Of a stretch of DNA of 64,000 nucleotides, positions 9,624-19,418 are shown piece after piece (the stretch's first letter is position 1; every line of letters begins with the position of its first letter). Under the pieces are notes generated by a model. The model saw only the letters and a program-made list of their open reading frames with translations, did not search any database and was not told where the DNA came from. Position numbers and translations under genes: made by a program. This stretch comes from a virus (taxonomy: Duplodnaviria > Caudoviricetes). The stretch spans positions 1,387-65,386 of the IMG/VR virus record IMGVR_UViG_3300009873_000020; one strand, 5' to 3'.

Positions 9624-9976
9624 ACGGGGATTATCAGTTCGACTGGCTATTTATATGGTCACTTGCCGTGTTCGACTATGGACTTACAAGCGAAGCATTT
9701 TGGCGCCTCACGCCCGCCCAGTTCTGGGCCGTCTCCAAGCGCTATGACCAGGGGGTAGAGCGGCAGGAGTTCGGGCCGGCGCTCGTCACGAGCACCATCG
9801 TAAACGCCTTGCGGGGCAAGAACGACGCGGCAGTCAGTCCGCGGGACTTCATGCCGTCGTTCCAGGAGCACCAGGAAGCCCCGTCGAAATCGTCCGCCAC
9901 GAGCGTCGAGCAGTCGGTGGCGTTGGCCCACTACGGGCAGCTTCTTTTCGGCGGGGTGATAACGAGTGGCAACTAG
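9602..9976 (+). CDS. Tail assembly chaperone frameshift extension (GT-like), reached by -1 frameshift
   Basis: -1 frame open from the A run at 9595-9603: NGRPGRVDGDYQFDWLFIWSLAVFDYGLTSEAFWRLTPAQFW. Confidence 0.75.
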   Translation, partial: NGRPGRVDGDYQFDWLFIWSLAVFDYGLTSEAFWRLTPAQFWAVSKRYDQGVERQEFGPALVTSTIVNALRGKNDAAVSPRDFMPSFQEHQEAPSKSSATSVEQSVALAHYGQLLFGGVITSGN

Positions 9977-12900
9977 GGTCGCGCAACTCTTCATCGAGCT
10001 TACCGCCACCACGGCGAAACTCCAGGCCGACATGGCCCGCGCCGTCTCCATCGCTGACAAGGCCGGGCGGGACATCCAGAAAACCGCCCGCATCGTCCAG
10101 ACCGCGTTCGCCTTCCAGATAGCCAGATCCACCATCAACGGGATTCAGTCGCTCGTCCGCGAGGTCGGAAAGCTTGCCGACATGGGCGACCAGGCCGGCG
10201 ACGTGCTGGCCAATTTCGAGAAGCTAGGCGGCTCGAAGTCCGCCATCGAGGACGCGCGCAAGAGCCTGCTCGGCATGGTGGACTCGTTCGACCTGATGCA
10301 GATCGCCAACAAGGCGATGCTGCGCGACATCCCCGAGGTCAACAAGAACTTCGCCCTGATTGCCGAGACGGGCGGGCGCATCGCCGACGCGTTTGGCAAG
10401 GACACGAAAGAGACCGTTGACGGGCTCTTTGACGCCATCGCCAAGGGGAGCAAGAAGGCGCTTCAGGGCTACGGCATCGTCATCGAGAAGGGCGCGAACT
10501 TCGAGCAGATCTTGGCCAAGGTCAAGGAGCGACACGACCAGCTCCTCCCCGTCACGGACTCGGTGGCAAACGCCCAGAAGGCTTTCGCCGTTCAGGTGGA
10601 GCAGGCCCGAAAAGAGATCGGCATTGCCATCAACGACAGCGACGCACTGCGGGTTGCGTGGCGGGAGCTGTCGGCGGAGGTGGACAAGATCGATTGGGGC
10701 CAAGTAGGCGAGGATCTGGGGAAGATCGCGGCGGTGTTTGTGAACCTTGCGGCGCGAGTGTTGCCGACCGTCGTGCGGTGGATCAACGAGTTCGCCCGGG
10801 GCCTCGATTACCTGGTCGGCAAGAGCACGCAGGCCAAGGCCGACCGCATGGCCGACACCATCGAGGAGATGGGGGAGCGGATCAAAGAGAAGCAAGCCGA
10901 GATTCAGCAGCTTCAGAACAACCGGGGGGCGTCGTTCCTCGGAGCGGGCGCGGGCAATAAACGACGGATCGAGGAGGAGACGGCAAACCTCGGGCAACTC
11001 CAGGCAAATCTCGAAGCAAAGAAAGGCGAGTTCAAAGGGCTTCTTGAGAAGCTAAAAAGCGAGTCGCTTCAGCTCGGTAAAGACATCGGCGACGGGTTAG
11101 GCGACGGCCTTGGCGACGGGTTGGGCAAAGGCGGCGACAAGGCTGGCAAAGAAATTGACAAGCTCCGCGACAAATGGATAGACGCTCAAGCCGACATCAA
11201 GGGCGACAGCTTAAAAGACTCTATCGAAGATGCTATCAAGTCGCTCGACCGGGCTAAGTTCGATTCGCTTATTGAGAAGTTCAAGACCCACACCGGCGAG
11301 GGGGTCATACGCGGCCTTGAGGAAGGCATCAAGGCGGGCGTCATCAAACCCGAAGACGCAGCAGCTTATCGCGACACGATGGTGGAGCACGCGGCAAAGC
11401 CTTTCTTGGAGAAGTTCGCCCAGGAACACCAGAAGTTTTCTGAGGAGGCGGCAAAACAGCTCCAGGAAGCTTACGAGGACTCGGTCCAATTCTGGCGCGA
11501 CATCTTTAGCGACGCCATAAACGGCGCCAGTTTCGACCTCGAAAAGGCCCTCAAGGACGTGGCGATAGGCTTTGCGGCCGAGTTTGCGGCGTCGTTCTTG
11601 CCTAGCCTAAAGGGAGTTGGATCGCCGCTTGACCTCGGCGGCGCACTGGCCCAGAGCGTCCTTGGCAGCGGCGGGCTGTCGGCGGTCTTCGGCACAGGCG
11701 CTGAGACCCTTGCGCCTGCTTTGGGGGAGGCGACTACGGCGGCCAAGGACTTGGCCACGGGCGCCGCCGCTGCCGGGAAGGCCTCAACGCTCGCCAGCAG
11801 CGGGATCTTTTCGCTGGGAGGTGCCGCAGCCGCTGTCGCCGGCGCTCTGGTCGGGTTTCAGCAGCTAACCGGGGTCCAGAGCGCACTAAAGGGCGGGAAG
11901 CTGAGCTTCGGTTCCCAGGCGGCACTGGCCTTGCCGACCGGAGGCGCCTCGTTCCTGTTCAACCCGATTAAAAAACTCTTCGGCGGCCCGACCAACCCCG
12001 ACACCGTCGCGAGAAAGCAGGTCGAGTCCTTCCTGGAGGAAAAGCTCGGGAAAAACGTGGTGTTCGGTTCGAGCGGGCGGTTCAACGGAGGCAAGGGGTT
12101 CGACTTCCTGAAGGGGCTCGACGGGAGGGCTCAGACGATGTTTTCGGGGCTCGGCGAGGGCATCAAGTCGGTGCTGGGGATCGTCGAGGAGATCGGCCCG
12201 CAGATAGGGGCCATCATCGCCGAGCACGTGGGCGGGAGCGCGGACGTGGCGCGGCAACTGGTGAAGAAGCTCGGCTTCAGCTACGAGCAGCTCGAGGAAT
12301 CCATTGTTCAAAGTGCGCTTGCGGCTAACAAGAACTGGCACGAGGTGGAAGTCACCCTTCAGGGCATCGGCGACGCCTTCCAGCCGGGACTTGCCGCCTC
12401 GAAAGACTTTGCGGGGGCGTTCCAGAACATCATCCAGTCCAACGCCGACGGCTTCGACGCCATCCAGGCGGTGCGGGACACGGCCATCGAGGCCCAGGAA
12501 GCGGGTCTCACGGAACTCGCCCAGCTCCAGGCCGAGCTGTCGAAGAAGTACGACCCGGGCCAGGTGGCCACGTTCTTCCAGGCGCTCGCCCAGCGCGGCA
12601 TCACGGAGCTTGACCAGCTCGCCCAGGTCTCGGACCGGGTGGCGGGAGGCGTCATCGCCGACATGGTTTCCTTGGGCTTTCAGTTTACGGAAGTCGCTAA
12701 CCAGATCTCCCAGGCTACCCAGGCGCTGCAAGACTTACAGGCCGCAGCCGCCGGCACCGGCTCGGCCGCCGGCGCGGTGGAGCAGTTCGCCCGGGGCGGG
12801 ATCGTGTCGCGTGCCACGACGTTCGCCACCAGAAGCGGCCTCGGCGTCATGGGGGAGGCGGGGCCTGAAGCCATCTTGCCGCTCGCCCGGGTCAACGGCA

Positions 12901-13088
12901 GGCTAGGGGTCCGCTCCGTCGGGACCGGCGCGGGCGCCAGGGCCGGCACCACCTACATCGTTAACGCCCAAGGGGCCGGCCCCGGCGTCGAGCACCGGAT
13001 CATGCGGGCACTCAGGGAGACGGAGCGGGTGGCCACCAGAAACGCGCTAAACGCCGTCAGGGAAAGAGACGCAAGGGGGATGAGATGA
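9966..13088 (+). CDS. Tape measure protein
   Basis: 1040 aa Ala/Gly-rich helical; C-terminal FARGG...GEAGPEAILPL motif. Confidence 0.95.
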   Translation: MATRVAQLFIELTATTAKLQADMARAVSIADKAGRDIQKTARIVQTAFAFQIARSTINGIQSLVREVGKLADMGDQAGDVLANFEKLGGSKSAIEDARKSLLGMVDSFDLMQIANKAMLRDIPEVNKNFALIAETGGRIADAFGKDTKETVDGLFDAIAKGSKKALQGYGIVIEKGANFEQILAKVKERHDQLLPVTDSVANAQKAFAVQVEQARKEIGIAINDSDALRVAWRELSAEVDKIDWGQVGEDLGKIAAVFVNLAARVLPTVVRWINEFARGLDYLVGKSTQAKADRMADTIEEMGERIKEKQAEIQQLQNNRGASFLGAGAGNKRRIEEETANLGQLQANLEAKKGEFKGLLEKLKSESLQLGKDIGDGLGDGLGDGLGKGGDKAGKEIDKLRDKWIDAQADIKGDSLKDSIEDAIKSLDRAKFDSLIEKFKTHTGEGVIRGLEEGIKAGVIKPEDAAAYRDTMVEHAAKPFLEKFAQEHQKFSEEAAKQLQEAYEDSVQFWRDIFSDAINGASFDLEKALKDVAIGFAAEFAASFLPSLKGVGSPLDLGGALAQSVLGSGGLSAVFGTGAETLAPALGEATTAAKDLATGAAAAGKASTLASSGIFSLGGAAAAVAGALVGFQQLTGVQSALKGGKLSFGSQAALALPTGGASFLFNPIKKLFGGPTNPDTVARKQVESFLEEKLGKNVVFGSSGRFNGGKGFDFLKGLDGRAQTMFSGLGEGIKSVLGIVEEIGPQIGAIIAEHVGGSADVARQLVKKLGFSYEQLEESIVQSALAANKNWHEVEVTLQGIGDAFQPGLAASKDFAGAFQNIIQSNADGFDAIQAVRDTAIEAQEAGLTELAQLQAELSKKYDPGQVATFFQALAQRGITELDQLAQVSDRVAGGVIADMVSLGFQFTEVANQISQATQALQDLQAAAAGTGSAAGAVEQFARGGIVSRATTFATRSGLGVMGEAGPEAILPLARVNGRLGVRSVGTGAGARAGTTYIVNAQGAGPGVEHRIMRALRETERVATRNALNAVRERDARGMR

Positions 13089-13696
13089 CCATCAGCTACC
13101 CGCTCTCCTGGCCCACCACACCCGGCCCGAAGCGCGTCGAGTTCGCCTCGACGCAGCAGGTGGGCTTGGCCCGCTCTCCCTTCACGCTCCAGGCCCAGGT
13201 GCAGGAGTACCAGGGCGATATGTGGACCGCGACCGTAACGCTCCCGGTCATGCAGCGGGAGTCCGCCGAGGAGTGGCACGCCTTTCTGCTCTCCCTCCAC
13301 GGCGTCCGGGGCACGTTTTACCTCTACGATCCGCTCGGCCGGGAACCGAGGGGCATTGCCACCGGCTCGCCGCTTGTAAAGGGCGGCTCTCAATCGGGCT
13401 ACACGCTCGCCACTGAGGGCTGGAGCGTCAGCACCACCAACGTCTTGAAGAAGGGCGACTGGATTCAGATCGGGAGTTATCTCTACAAGGTGGTGAACGA
13501 TCACAGCTCGGACGGTTCGGGAGAGGCAACGCTCGACATCTGGCCCTCCCTTCGAGTCAGCCCCGCCGACAACGACGCCATCATCACCTCGAACGCCAAA
13601 GGCGTTTTTCGCCTGGCGGAAAACGTGAACCCGATCCAGGCGGCGGACGAGCTCCAAGTCTACGAGGTTTCCTTTAGCGCGGTGGAGGCGAGATGA
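13085..13696 (+). CDS. Distal tail / baseplate-region protein
   Basis: After TMP; SPFTLQAQV, W.A.V.LP, L..L.G..G.F family pattern. Confidence 0.75.
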   Translation: MTISYPLSWPTTPGPKRVEFASTQQVGLARSPFTLQAQVQEYQGDMWTATVTLPVMQRESAEEWHAFLLSLHGVRGTFYLYDPLGREPRGIATGSPLVKGGSQSGYTLATEGWSVSTTNVLKKGDWIQIGSYLYKVVNDHSSDGSGEATLDIWPSLRVSPADNDAIITSNAKGVFRLAENVNPIQAADELQVYEVSFSAVEAR

Positions 13697-14298
13697 CCCG
13701 CACGGTAACCAACGACTTTCTGACCGAGGCGGAGGCCGTGTTGTGCAGGCCGCTATTACTTTATGAAGGCACCTTCGACCCGACCGTTGTGCGCCTGGCC
13801 AACACCGCCCGCGACGTGAGTTGGGACAGCAAGACCTGGCTCGCAAACGGCTACCTGCACGTGCCCGAGGGCGGCGGCGAGAGCGCGGAGCTTGAGCCCA
13901 TCGGGTTCGAGGTAGTGTTGAGCGGCGTGCCGTCTGACCTCCTCTCCATCGTGTTGGGGGAGGCAAGACAAGGGCTGCCGGGGAATGTCTGGTTCGGCTT
14001 TTTCGATTCGGACTGGCAGGTGGTGGACGACCCGTACCTGCTTTGGTCCGGCAAGTTCGACACCGCAAACATCAACGAGACTCCCACCGGGTCCGTCATC
14101 ACACTCAGCTACGAGAGCGACCTTGCGGACCTGGACCGCCCGATAGAGCTTCGCTGGACCCACGAGACGCAGCGGCATTTTTACCCGGACGATCTCGGCT
14201 TCGTTTACGTGCCGCAGCTCCAGGACTGGGACGGTTTCTGGGGCAAGAGCAGGGCCAAGGTAAGAAAGAAGAAGCGGAAACGGAGGGAGGGTAAATGA
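13693..14298 (+). CDS. Baseplate hub-like minor tail protein
   Basis: W.GNG-like, G..D...I, RWT.E.Q...YP.D.GF.YV..LQ.W..FWG. Confidence 0.7.
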   Translation: MTRTVTNDFLTEAEAVLCRPLLLYEGTFDPTVVRLANTARDVSWDSKTWLANGYLHVPEGGGESAELEPIGFEVVLSGVPSDLLSIVLGEARQGLPGNVWFGFFDSDWQVVDDPYLLWSGKFDTANINETPTGSVITLSYESDLADLDRPIELRWTHETQRHFYPDDLGFVYVPQLQDWDGFWGKSRAKVRKKKRKRREGK

Positions 14299-17200
14299 TC
14301 GACGATCCGTTCCCGCCGGCATTGCCGATTGGCAACTACGCGCCCGTCGTCAAGGAGCGCGACCCGTGGCACGTAACGAAAGACGAAGTTGAGAAGTATT
14401 TAAAGAACCACAGGCGGGCCAAGGCGAGCCGCAAAGTCATTCGTCAACGCTTGAGGGCCGCAAAGATAAAGAACGCTCCGGGCAAGGAGGTGTCCTTTAG
14501 CCAGTCGGACGCGCCGTGGCAGATAATTTATGGCACCGTGCGGGTGCCGGGCGTGTTGACCTTCGCCCACATCACCAACAACAACTACGACCTCCACCAA
14601 GTCTACACCATCGCCGGGCACGAGGTTCAGGCGATCAATTACGTGTACCTGGACGACGCAAGAATCACCTTCGACGGGAGCGGCGAGGGTGTGGCGACCG
14701 GGGAGGTGAAAAACGGGGCGTCCGGCACCAACTACCTGAACGTGTTCGCCATGCACCGGGCGCTCGGCGGGCCGAACCAGGACGCCATCGGGGAACTCGT
14801 CACCAGGGCTTTGGCCTTTTGGACCCAGAACCACCGGCAGCGAAACCACGCCCACGTCTACCTCCGATTCCACTGGAACGCCGAGAAGTACCCGGAGAAT
14901 TTGCCGGACGTGACGTTCGAGGTGCAGGGGGAGAAGTGCTACGATCCGCGCACCGCCAGCATCTCGTTCACGCAGAACGCAGCGCTCTGCATCGGCGACT
15001 TCCTGATGGACCAGAAGTACGGCTGCAAGATCCCGATCTCCAGGATCTACGTCGGCTCCGGCTCGAGCGACGAGGGCTCTCTCTGGTGGGCCGCCGACAT
15101 CTGCGACGAGGAGGTAAACCTGGTGGGCGGCGGGACCGAGGCGCGCTATACCCTGAACGGCTACTTCGACGCCTCCCGCACCAGGCGCGAAATACTCGAA
15201 GAGATGCTAACCGCGATGGGCGGGAGCATCACCTACTCGGGCGGCCTCTGGAAGTTCTGGCCCGCCGCCTGGCGCGCCCCGGCCCAGGCGTTTGAAGAGG
15301 GTGACATCCTGGGAGACATCAACGTTCAAACTCACGTCCCAAGAAGAGACAGCTTTAACGCGGTTAAAGGCACCTACGCCTCAGCGCTCCACAACTACGA
15401 GGAGACAGACTTTCCCCCGGTTACAAACGCCCTTTACCTGAGCCAAGACAACGATGAGCGTATCTGGGAAGATATCGTGCTCCCCTTTACGACGAGCGGC
15501 TCGGCGGCCCAACGGCTCGCAAAGATCGCCCTGGAGAAACAGCGCCAGCAAATCAGCATCGAGTTTACCGCTAAACTAAAGGCGCTTCAGTGCGAGGTGC
15601 CAGACAACATCACCGTCACCTACTCGCGGTTCGGCTGGACCAGCAAGGCTTTCGAGCTGATCGACTTCAAGCCGCTGGCCGAAAGTGACGAAAACGGCGT
15701 GCCGGTGTTCATGGTTCAGATCTCGGCCAGGGAAACCGCCGAGGGCGTTTACGACTGGAATAACGGCGACGAAACCACCATCGACCTCGCGCCCAACACC
15801 ACCCTGCCGAGCGCTTCGAGCTACACCCTGCCGACTGGCGTGTTACTGGAGAGCGGGACGAGCCACCTCTACATCCGGTCGGACGGCACCGTCTTTAGCC
15901 GCATCAAGGTTAGTTGGGACGAGATGACGGACGCTTTCGTCTCCTCGGGCGGCTTTATCGAAATCCAGTACAAGCAGTCGAGCGCGAGCGACTGGCAGAA
16001 CGCCTCTTCCGTGCCGGGCGACCAAACTTTTACTTACATCCTTGACGTTCAAGACGGCGCTCAGTACGACGTGCGGATCAGGTCGAAAAGCGCCTTGGGG
16101 GTTTTGTCTCCCTTCACCGACATCCACTCCCACATCGTTATCGGCAAGCGCGAGCCGCCGTCCAACGTCACCGGATTCTCGGCCCAAATTCAGCAGTTCG
16201 GCATCCTGCTTTTCTGGAACAAACCTCCCGATCTCGATCTCTCGCAGCACGAGATAAGGATCGGGGGTTCGAGCTGGGAGACCGCCACCTTCCTCCAGGC
16301 GGTAGACGGCACGAGCGTTTTTGTGAAGATGCAGAACGCGGGCGGCTACACCTTCTGGATCAAGGCCATCGACACGAGCGGCAACTACAGCGCCGCTGCC
16401 GCCTCGCTCGACACCACCATCGCGGGGCCGGGGGCGCCCTTCACCACCTTCTCCCTCTCCGGCCCGAACGTCCTTTTCGAGTGGACGGCGCCCGGCTCCC
16501 ACTTCGGCATCGACGAGTACCTCATCAGCTACGGCCCGGCCTACGCAAGCTCGATATTCGTGGCGTCCGTCAAGGGCACGCGCTACGCCCTCAAGGCCGA
16601 GTGGAGCGGCACCCGAAGATTTTGGATTGCGGCCAAGGACGTGGCGGGCAACATCGGCACGCCCTACCAGATCGACATCAACATCGTGACTGCCGGGATC
16701 GTGCAGAACTTGCGCTCCGAGGTGATCGACAACTTCATCCTGCTCCGGTGGGACAAGCCCTCCGCCTCTACCCTGCCGCTCGACCACTACAAAGTCTACA
16801 AGGGCACGCCGTTTTCCAGCGCGATGCTCATCGGGCAGTTAAGCGGCACTTTCTTCACGCACTTCGAGACCCAGGCCGGAACTTACACCTACTGGGTGCG
16901 CTCGTTCGACTCCGCTGGGAACGCCGGGGCCGAGCTTTCCATCACGGCCACGATGGCGCAGCCGCCCGACTACGTGCTGCTCGATAACTTCATCGTGGAC
17001 CCCTCGACCTACACCTCCAAGGCCAACGTCGTCACCGACAACTTCGAACTGGTCGGCCCCATCAAGGAGGAGACGTGGGAGGAACATTTCGTCGATAACG
17101 GATGGGACACGCCCGAGGACCAGATAAGCGCGGGCTATCCGTACTACTGCCAGCCAGGCGCCGAAGAGGGGCACTGGGAGAAGGTGATCGATCTGGGCGG

Positions 17201-17438
17201 CGTGGTCGGCACCGCCATCTTGAAGCTCTCTTACGTTCAAGACGATCTGGTGGGGGAGCCGAACTTCGCGGTGAAGCTTGCGTATAGCTTTGACGGCGCA
17301 AGCTGGACCGAAGAGGTGGGAGTGACGCATTTATTCTCCACGAATTTTCGGTTTGTAAAAATTCGATTTGAATTTGAAAGCGTGAGCACGGGTTCTGGGG
17401 AGCCGGTCGGCGTACTTTTGAGTATCACGAAGCCATGA
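14295..17438 (+). CDS. Tail tip / central fibre protein (J-like) with FN3 repeats; C-terminal domain apparently truncated
   Basis: IIYG..RV.G, V.G..CYDPRT, QNAALC..D, R.TLNG; repeated PPSNVTGF/WNKP/Y.FWIKAID FN3 units. Confidence 0.9.
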   Translation: MIDDPFPPALPIGNYAPVVKERDPWHVTKDEVEKYLKNHRRAKASRKVIRQRLRAAKIKNAPGKEVSFSQSDAPWQIIYGTVRVPGVLTFAHITNNNYDLHQVYTIAGHEVQAINYVYLDDARITFDGSGEGVATGEVKNGASGTNYLNVFAMHRALGGPNQDAIGELVTRALAFWTQNHRQRNHAHVYLRFHWNAEKYPENLPDVTFEVQGEKCYDPRTASISFTQNAALCIGDFLMDQKYGCKIPISRIYVGSGSSDEGSLWWAADICDEEVNLVGGGTEARYTLNGYFDASRTRREILEEMLTAMGGSITYSGGLWKFWPAAWRAPAQAFEEGDILGDINVQTHVPRRDSFNAVKGTYASALHNYEETDFPPVTNALYLSQDNDERIWEDIVLPFTTSGSAAQRLAKIALEKQRQQISIEFTAKLKALQCEVPDNITVTYSRFGWTSKAFELIDFKPLAESDENGVPVFMVQISARETAEGVYDWNNGDETTIDLAPNTTLPSASSYTLPTGVLLESGTSHLYIRSDGTVFSRIKVSWDEMTDAFVSSGGFIEIQYKQSSASDWQNASSVPGDQTFTYILDVQDGAQYDVRIRSKSALGVLSPFTDIHSHIVIGKREPPSNVTGFSAQIQQFGILLFWNKPPDLDLSQHEIRIGGSSWETATFLQAVDGTSVFVKMQNAGGYTFWIKAIDTSGNYSAAAASLDTTIAGPGAPFTTFSLSGPNVLFEWTAPGSHFGIDEYLISYGPAYASSIFVASVKGTRYALKAEWSGTRRFWIAAKDVAGNIGTPYQIDINIVTAGIVQNLRSEVIDNFILLRWDKPSASTLPLDHYKVYKGTPFSSAMLIGQLSGTFFTHFETQAGTYTYWVRSFDSAGNAGAELSITATMAQPPDYVLLDNFIVDPSTYTSKANVVTDNFELVGPIKEETWEEHFVDNGWDTPEDQISAGYPYYCQPGAEEGHWEKVIDLGGVVGTAILKLSYVQDDLVGEPNFAVKLAYSFDGASWTEEVGVTHLFSTNFRFVKIRFEFESVSTGSGEPVGVLLSITKP

Positions 17439-18730
17439 CGATCACTAAGTTAGTTGAATACGAATCTGCCATGACGACCTTCGGCGCCTACCTCTCGGCT
17501 CATCTTGCAGATCCGACCATCTCAGACGAGCAAAAGCTGTCGAATGTTTACTACGACGCGCAATACGTTTTCTACCGCATCGCGACCTACACCAACGATC
17601 ACGCCACCTGGAACCTGGCGGCGGAAAGGGCCGAGGCAATCTACCGCGACTATTACCTCATCCCTTCAAACGCCCAGGTGCCGGGTTTTTGGGCCTTTAC
17701 GGAAGGGTTGAAAGAGTCGTGGCTAAGGACTCAAGACGGCATCAGTAAGACCTGGGCCATCAACATCTCGAACAACGCTGCCTACCACTCGGAAGTGCCG
17801 GACACCTTGACGGATCTGGCGGACGATTTGTTCGCGAGAGAAAACGCCTACGCCCTCTTGAGCCATTTAAATGCCGAGCTTTTAGGGGCTCCGAGGAGGG
17901 AGAGGATCTACACGCTGGTCGATAATGCTCTGGGCCACATCGACGCCTGGGTGAACGAGACGGCCTCCTACTGTAAGCCATTCTTTACAGCCTTAACGTG
18001 CCGCTCGCTCATCAGGTATAACGACATGATCGGCGACAGCCGGATCGTGCCGGCCATCGAGTCCATCTGCGACTACATCTGGGACAACCTCTGGGACGCG
18101 GGGGCCGAGGCGTTTCTCTACATCCACGACGTTTATCCGGGGGAAGATCCGCCAGACCCGGCGCCCGACTTGAACATGCTGATCGTGCCGAGCTATGGGT
18201 ATCTTTATTCCAAAACCTTCGACTCAAACTGGCTTACCATAGGGGACCAGATTTTCGACGGCGGCGTGCCGATCTACGACGAGTGGGGCTTTCACGTTAG
18301 CGGCGCGTACCTTGGCCAGTCGAACTCGGCCGGCGTGAACGGCAAGCACTTCGACCAGCAGTTCCTCTGGAGCATGGATTATCTTACGTGGGCTCAGGCG
18401 GTCGAGCCGATAAGCGGCGGCATGACGGGCTTCGGCGACATCGCCCGAGTCTTTAACATCGGCTTGAGGCTCGATGCCAAGGTAATTAAAGACTCGGGCA
18501 GCCAAACGGTTACTGACGCGGCCAGCGGCGCCGTGGTACAGTTCAACAAAAGCTTTGTGGACATAAAGAGCCTACACGTAACGCCCCAGTTTAGCTCGAG
18601 CTATCCGCTGACTGCCGTGTACGATTTTCAAGACGTGCCGAACCCTACAAGCTTTATCGTGTATCTTTACAGGACCGATACGGGCGCGAAGGTGACGGGA
18701 AACTTTAGCTGGTTTGTAGAAGGATATTAG
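17435..18730 (+). CDS. Helical-barrel (putative six-hairpin glycosidase-like) domain fused to a tail-tip C-terminal beta domain
   Basis: aa ~5-325 align by eye with 53701-54807; last ~95 aa (LRLDAK..DSG...F...F.DI.S..VTP...YDF.DVPNPTSF.V.L...G..V.G.FSW..EG) resemble tail-tip C-termini. Confidence 0.7.
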   Translation: MTITKLVEYESAMTTFGAYLSAHLADPTISDEQKLSNVYYDAQYVFYRIATYTNDHATWNLAAERAEAIYRDYYLIPSNAQVPGFWAFTEGLKESWLRTQDGISKTWAINISNNAAYHSEVPDTLTDLADDLFARENAYALLSHLNAELLGAPRRERIYTLVDNALGHIDAWVNETASYCKPFFTALTCRSLIRYNDMIGDSRIVPAIESICDYIWDNLWDAGAEAFLYIHDVYPGEDPPDPAPDLNMLIVPSYGYLYSKTFDSNWLTIGDQIFDGGVPIYDEWGFHVSGAYLGQSNSAGVNGKHFDQQFLWSMDYLTWAQAVEPISGGMTGFGDIARVFNIGLRLDAKVIKDSGSQTVTDAASGAVVQFNKSFVDIKSLHVTPQFSSSYPLTAVYDFQDVPNPTSFIVYLYRTDTGAKVTGNFSWFVEGY

Positions 18731-18732
18731 TT

Positions 18733-19410
18733 ATGTCTGATAGTTCCATCCCAATTACTCCCGGATCTGGTCTCAACCTCGATACCCGCACCGAGGGCAC
18801 CAACTCGGAGCATAGGCAAGTGATCGTCATCGGCGATCCGAGCACCAACGCGGGCGTGGCGCCGGTCAGTGCCACCGAAGGGCTCTCGGTAAAGATCGCC
18901 AACAGCACCGCCCCGTCCGTCAGCATTGCCGGCTCGTACAATCCTCACGGCGGCGCCGCTTCCGGCTCTCCGCTTTCGATGGGCCTTACTGCCTACACCG
19001 ACTGGCCGACCGTGCAGGACTCGGGCGATAACTTGAGGGTGGGGGGCGATCTGGTCGGAAGGCCCATCATCATGCCCTACACGATCCCGGAGAAGCTGTT
19101 TAACAACCACATCTCAAGCGCCATTACCGACACGACCGCAACCGCGATCAAGAGCGCGGGGGGCGCGGGGATTCGCTTCCTGGTTACGACCTGGACGGTA
19201 CTGAACACCCACGGGACGGTAGGGACGGTGGTGCAGTTGCTCGACGATTCGACGCTCCTTTGGCAGACGTATGTGGCGGCGTTAAGTGACAAGACCTTTT
19301 CGTTCCTGAATCCCTTGCGGGGGACGGCGAACAAAGCTTTAAACGTCAAGCCACTTACAACCGGCTCATCTATCCTGTCGTCCGTCGCCGGCTTTATCAA
19401 TCCATACTAG
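18733..19410 (+). CDS. Hypothetical structural protein (beta-rich)
   Basis: Ser/Thr/Gly-rich, within tail operon. Confidence 0.6.
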   Translation: MSDSSIPITPGSGLNLDTRTEGTNSEHRQVIVIGDPSTNAGVAPVSATEGLSVKIANSTAPSVSIAGSYNPHGGAASGSPLSMGLTAYTDWPTVQDSGDNLRVGGDLVGRPIIMPYTIPEKLFNNHISSAITDTTATAIKSAGGAGIRFLVTTWTVLNTHGTVGTVVQLLDDSTLLWQTYVAALSDKTFSFLNPLRGTANKALNVKPLTTGSSILSSVAGFINPY

Positions 19411-19418
19411 AGTGAGTC

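Noticed and set aside
17380-18440. Self-splicing intron or intein as the cause of the split tail tip
   Set aside because: No intein C/S start or HN end, no LAGLIDADG/HNH/RT motif and no evident group I/II structure; the insert resembles a free exported protein.
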